Origin: Tubulanus polymorphus
Taxonomy: Eukaryota > Animalia > Nemertea
Direction of reading: 5' to 3'
Assembly: GCF_964204645.1 (NCBI RefSeq)
Contig: NC_134028.1
Coordinates: 5,394,001-5,458,000, forward strand
Length of the DNA stretch: 64,000 nt
The first letter of the stretch is position 1. Every line of letters begins with the position of its first letter. The position numbers and the translations under genes were made by a program. Shown one piece after another: positions 63,184 to 64,000 of this stretch. The notes beneath the pieces are model-generated. The model saw only the letters and a program-made list of their open reading frames with translations. It searched no databases and had not been told where the DNA came from.

Positions 63184-64000
63184 CTAGAAGCGGCCGCTGC
63201 CGCACACAAAAACTCTTCGCATGGTTCGACGAAGCACCTTCTTGATTCGATTAAGCTTTCCTATTATAAAAGGAAAAGTCAGACAAACAACAAGTTTTTA
63301 TACTCTGAATTTTCCTTCTCATTTGAGCATTGACTTCAACCCGCGTGTGAACTTACCCTTTAAACCACTCGACACGCGCTTCGGTTTGATTTCCTCAGTT
63401 TGGATATCATTGAATACCTGGATATCGTCATCCACGATTATGTTGTCTTTTGCTTCCCGATAACACTGACGCACGACAACGTTCACTTCGATGTCTACAC
63501 ACGCACGAACACATATGTATGTAGAAATTCACACATATGTTATTAGCATACAAAATATACAAAAGTACATGTAAAAAGTAACATTAATTAGGCCTATTCG
63601 TGAATTAGTGAAGAGTAGATAATAAATCGAAAGTTTATGATCGCAACAGTTCAGTTTAATGTGTCTTTTTCGGCTAAGATATTTTGCATTATATACAGTT
63701 AAAAAGTTGAATTTTGTGGGATCAATATGTTTATTTGCGGGGGGGGTATCATAACGTTGGTGCATACTAGAGTCCTATGGAAGGTACATGCTAAAGCGGC
63801 GTGTTGTATTAGTAATTATATCGTGTAGTTCAGTGATTAAGTTATATAAGGAGTTATCAAGTTAATGGTCCAGGGATTCAACCAGTCATTTTGCGTTATT
63901 ACCTTATATAGTTCATTATTTCAATATTCCGTTTGATTTCTATTCTTACCCTTTATACCAGATGGAATGTCCTCTTCAATCTGGGATTCGTGGATCTCCT
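63184..64000 (-). CDS. 3' end of an unidentified gene (last three exons; continues beyond the window)
   Basis: Minus-strand exons >64000-63950, 63494-63357, 63260-63184 with donors GTAAGA/GTAAGT, all phase 1. Reads EIHESQIEEDIPSGIK-DIEVNVVVRQCYREAKDNIIVDDDIQVFNDIQTEEIKPKRVSSGLK-GKLNRIKKVLRRTMRRVFVCGSGRF*. Confidence 0.7.

Noticed and set aside
63019-63463. Plus-strand ORFs of 104 and 80 aa
   Set aside because: Splice signals and phase support the minus-strand gene instead.

Overview
Intron-containing, AT-rich animal genomic DNA; it looks like a bilaterian invertebrate, possibly a spiralian (inference only). Seven protein-coding loci were rebuilt by hand from GT-AG splice sites with consistent reading phases. 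(1) A netrin receptor UNC5 gene (+, ~14315-36791) with two candidate signal-peptide starts and two candidate in-frame microexons. (2-3) Two tandem DEG/ENaC-family channel genes (+, 39221-46779 and 48764-53133), each carrying a ~440-470 aa helical insertion encoded by one 1.5-kb exon at the normally tiny extracellular knuckle. (4) PLD6/Zucchini (+). (5) STK19 (-), absent from the ORF track. (6) An apolipoprotein-L-like gene (+) preceded by two NF-kB-type sites. (7) The 3' end of an unidentified gene (-). The first ~14 kb appear non-coding, with CpG-rich blocks. The window also holds several non-autonomous DNA elements, tRNA-like SINE remnants and a palindrome with hammerhead-ribozyme-like cores. 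The strongest candidate for an undescribed system is the pair of giant-knuckle DEG/ENaC channels, whose scaffold exons are near-identical while the finger and insert have diverged. All family calls are by motif recognition, not database search.
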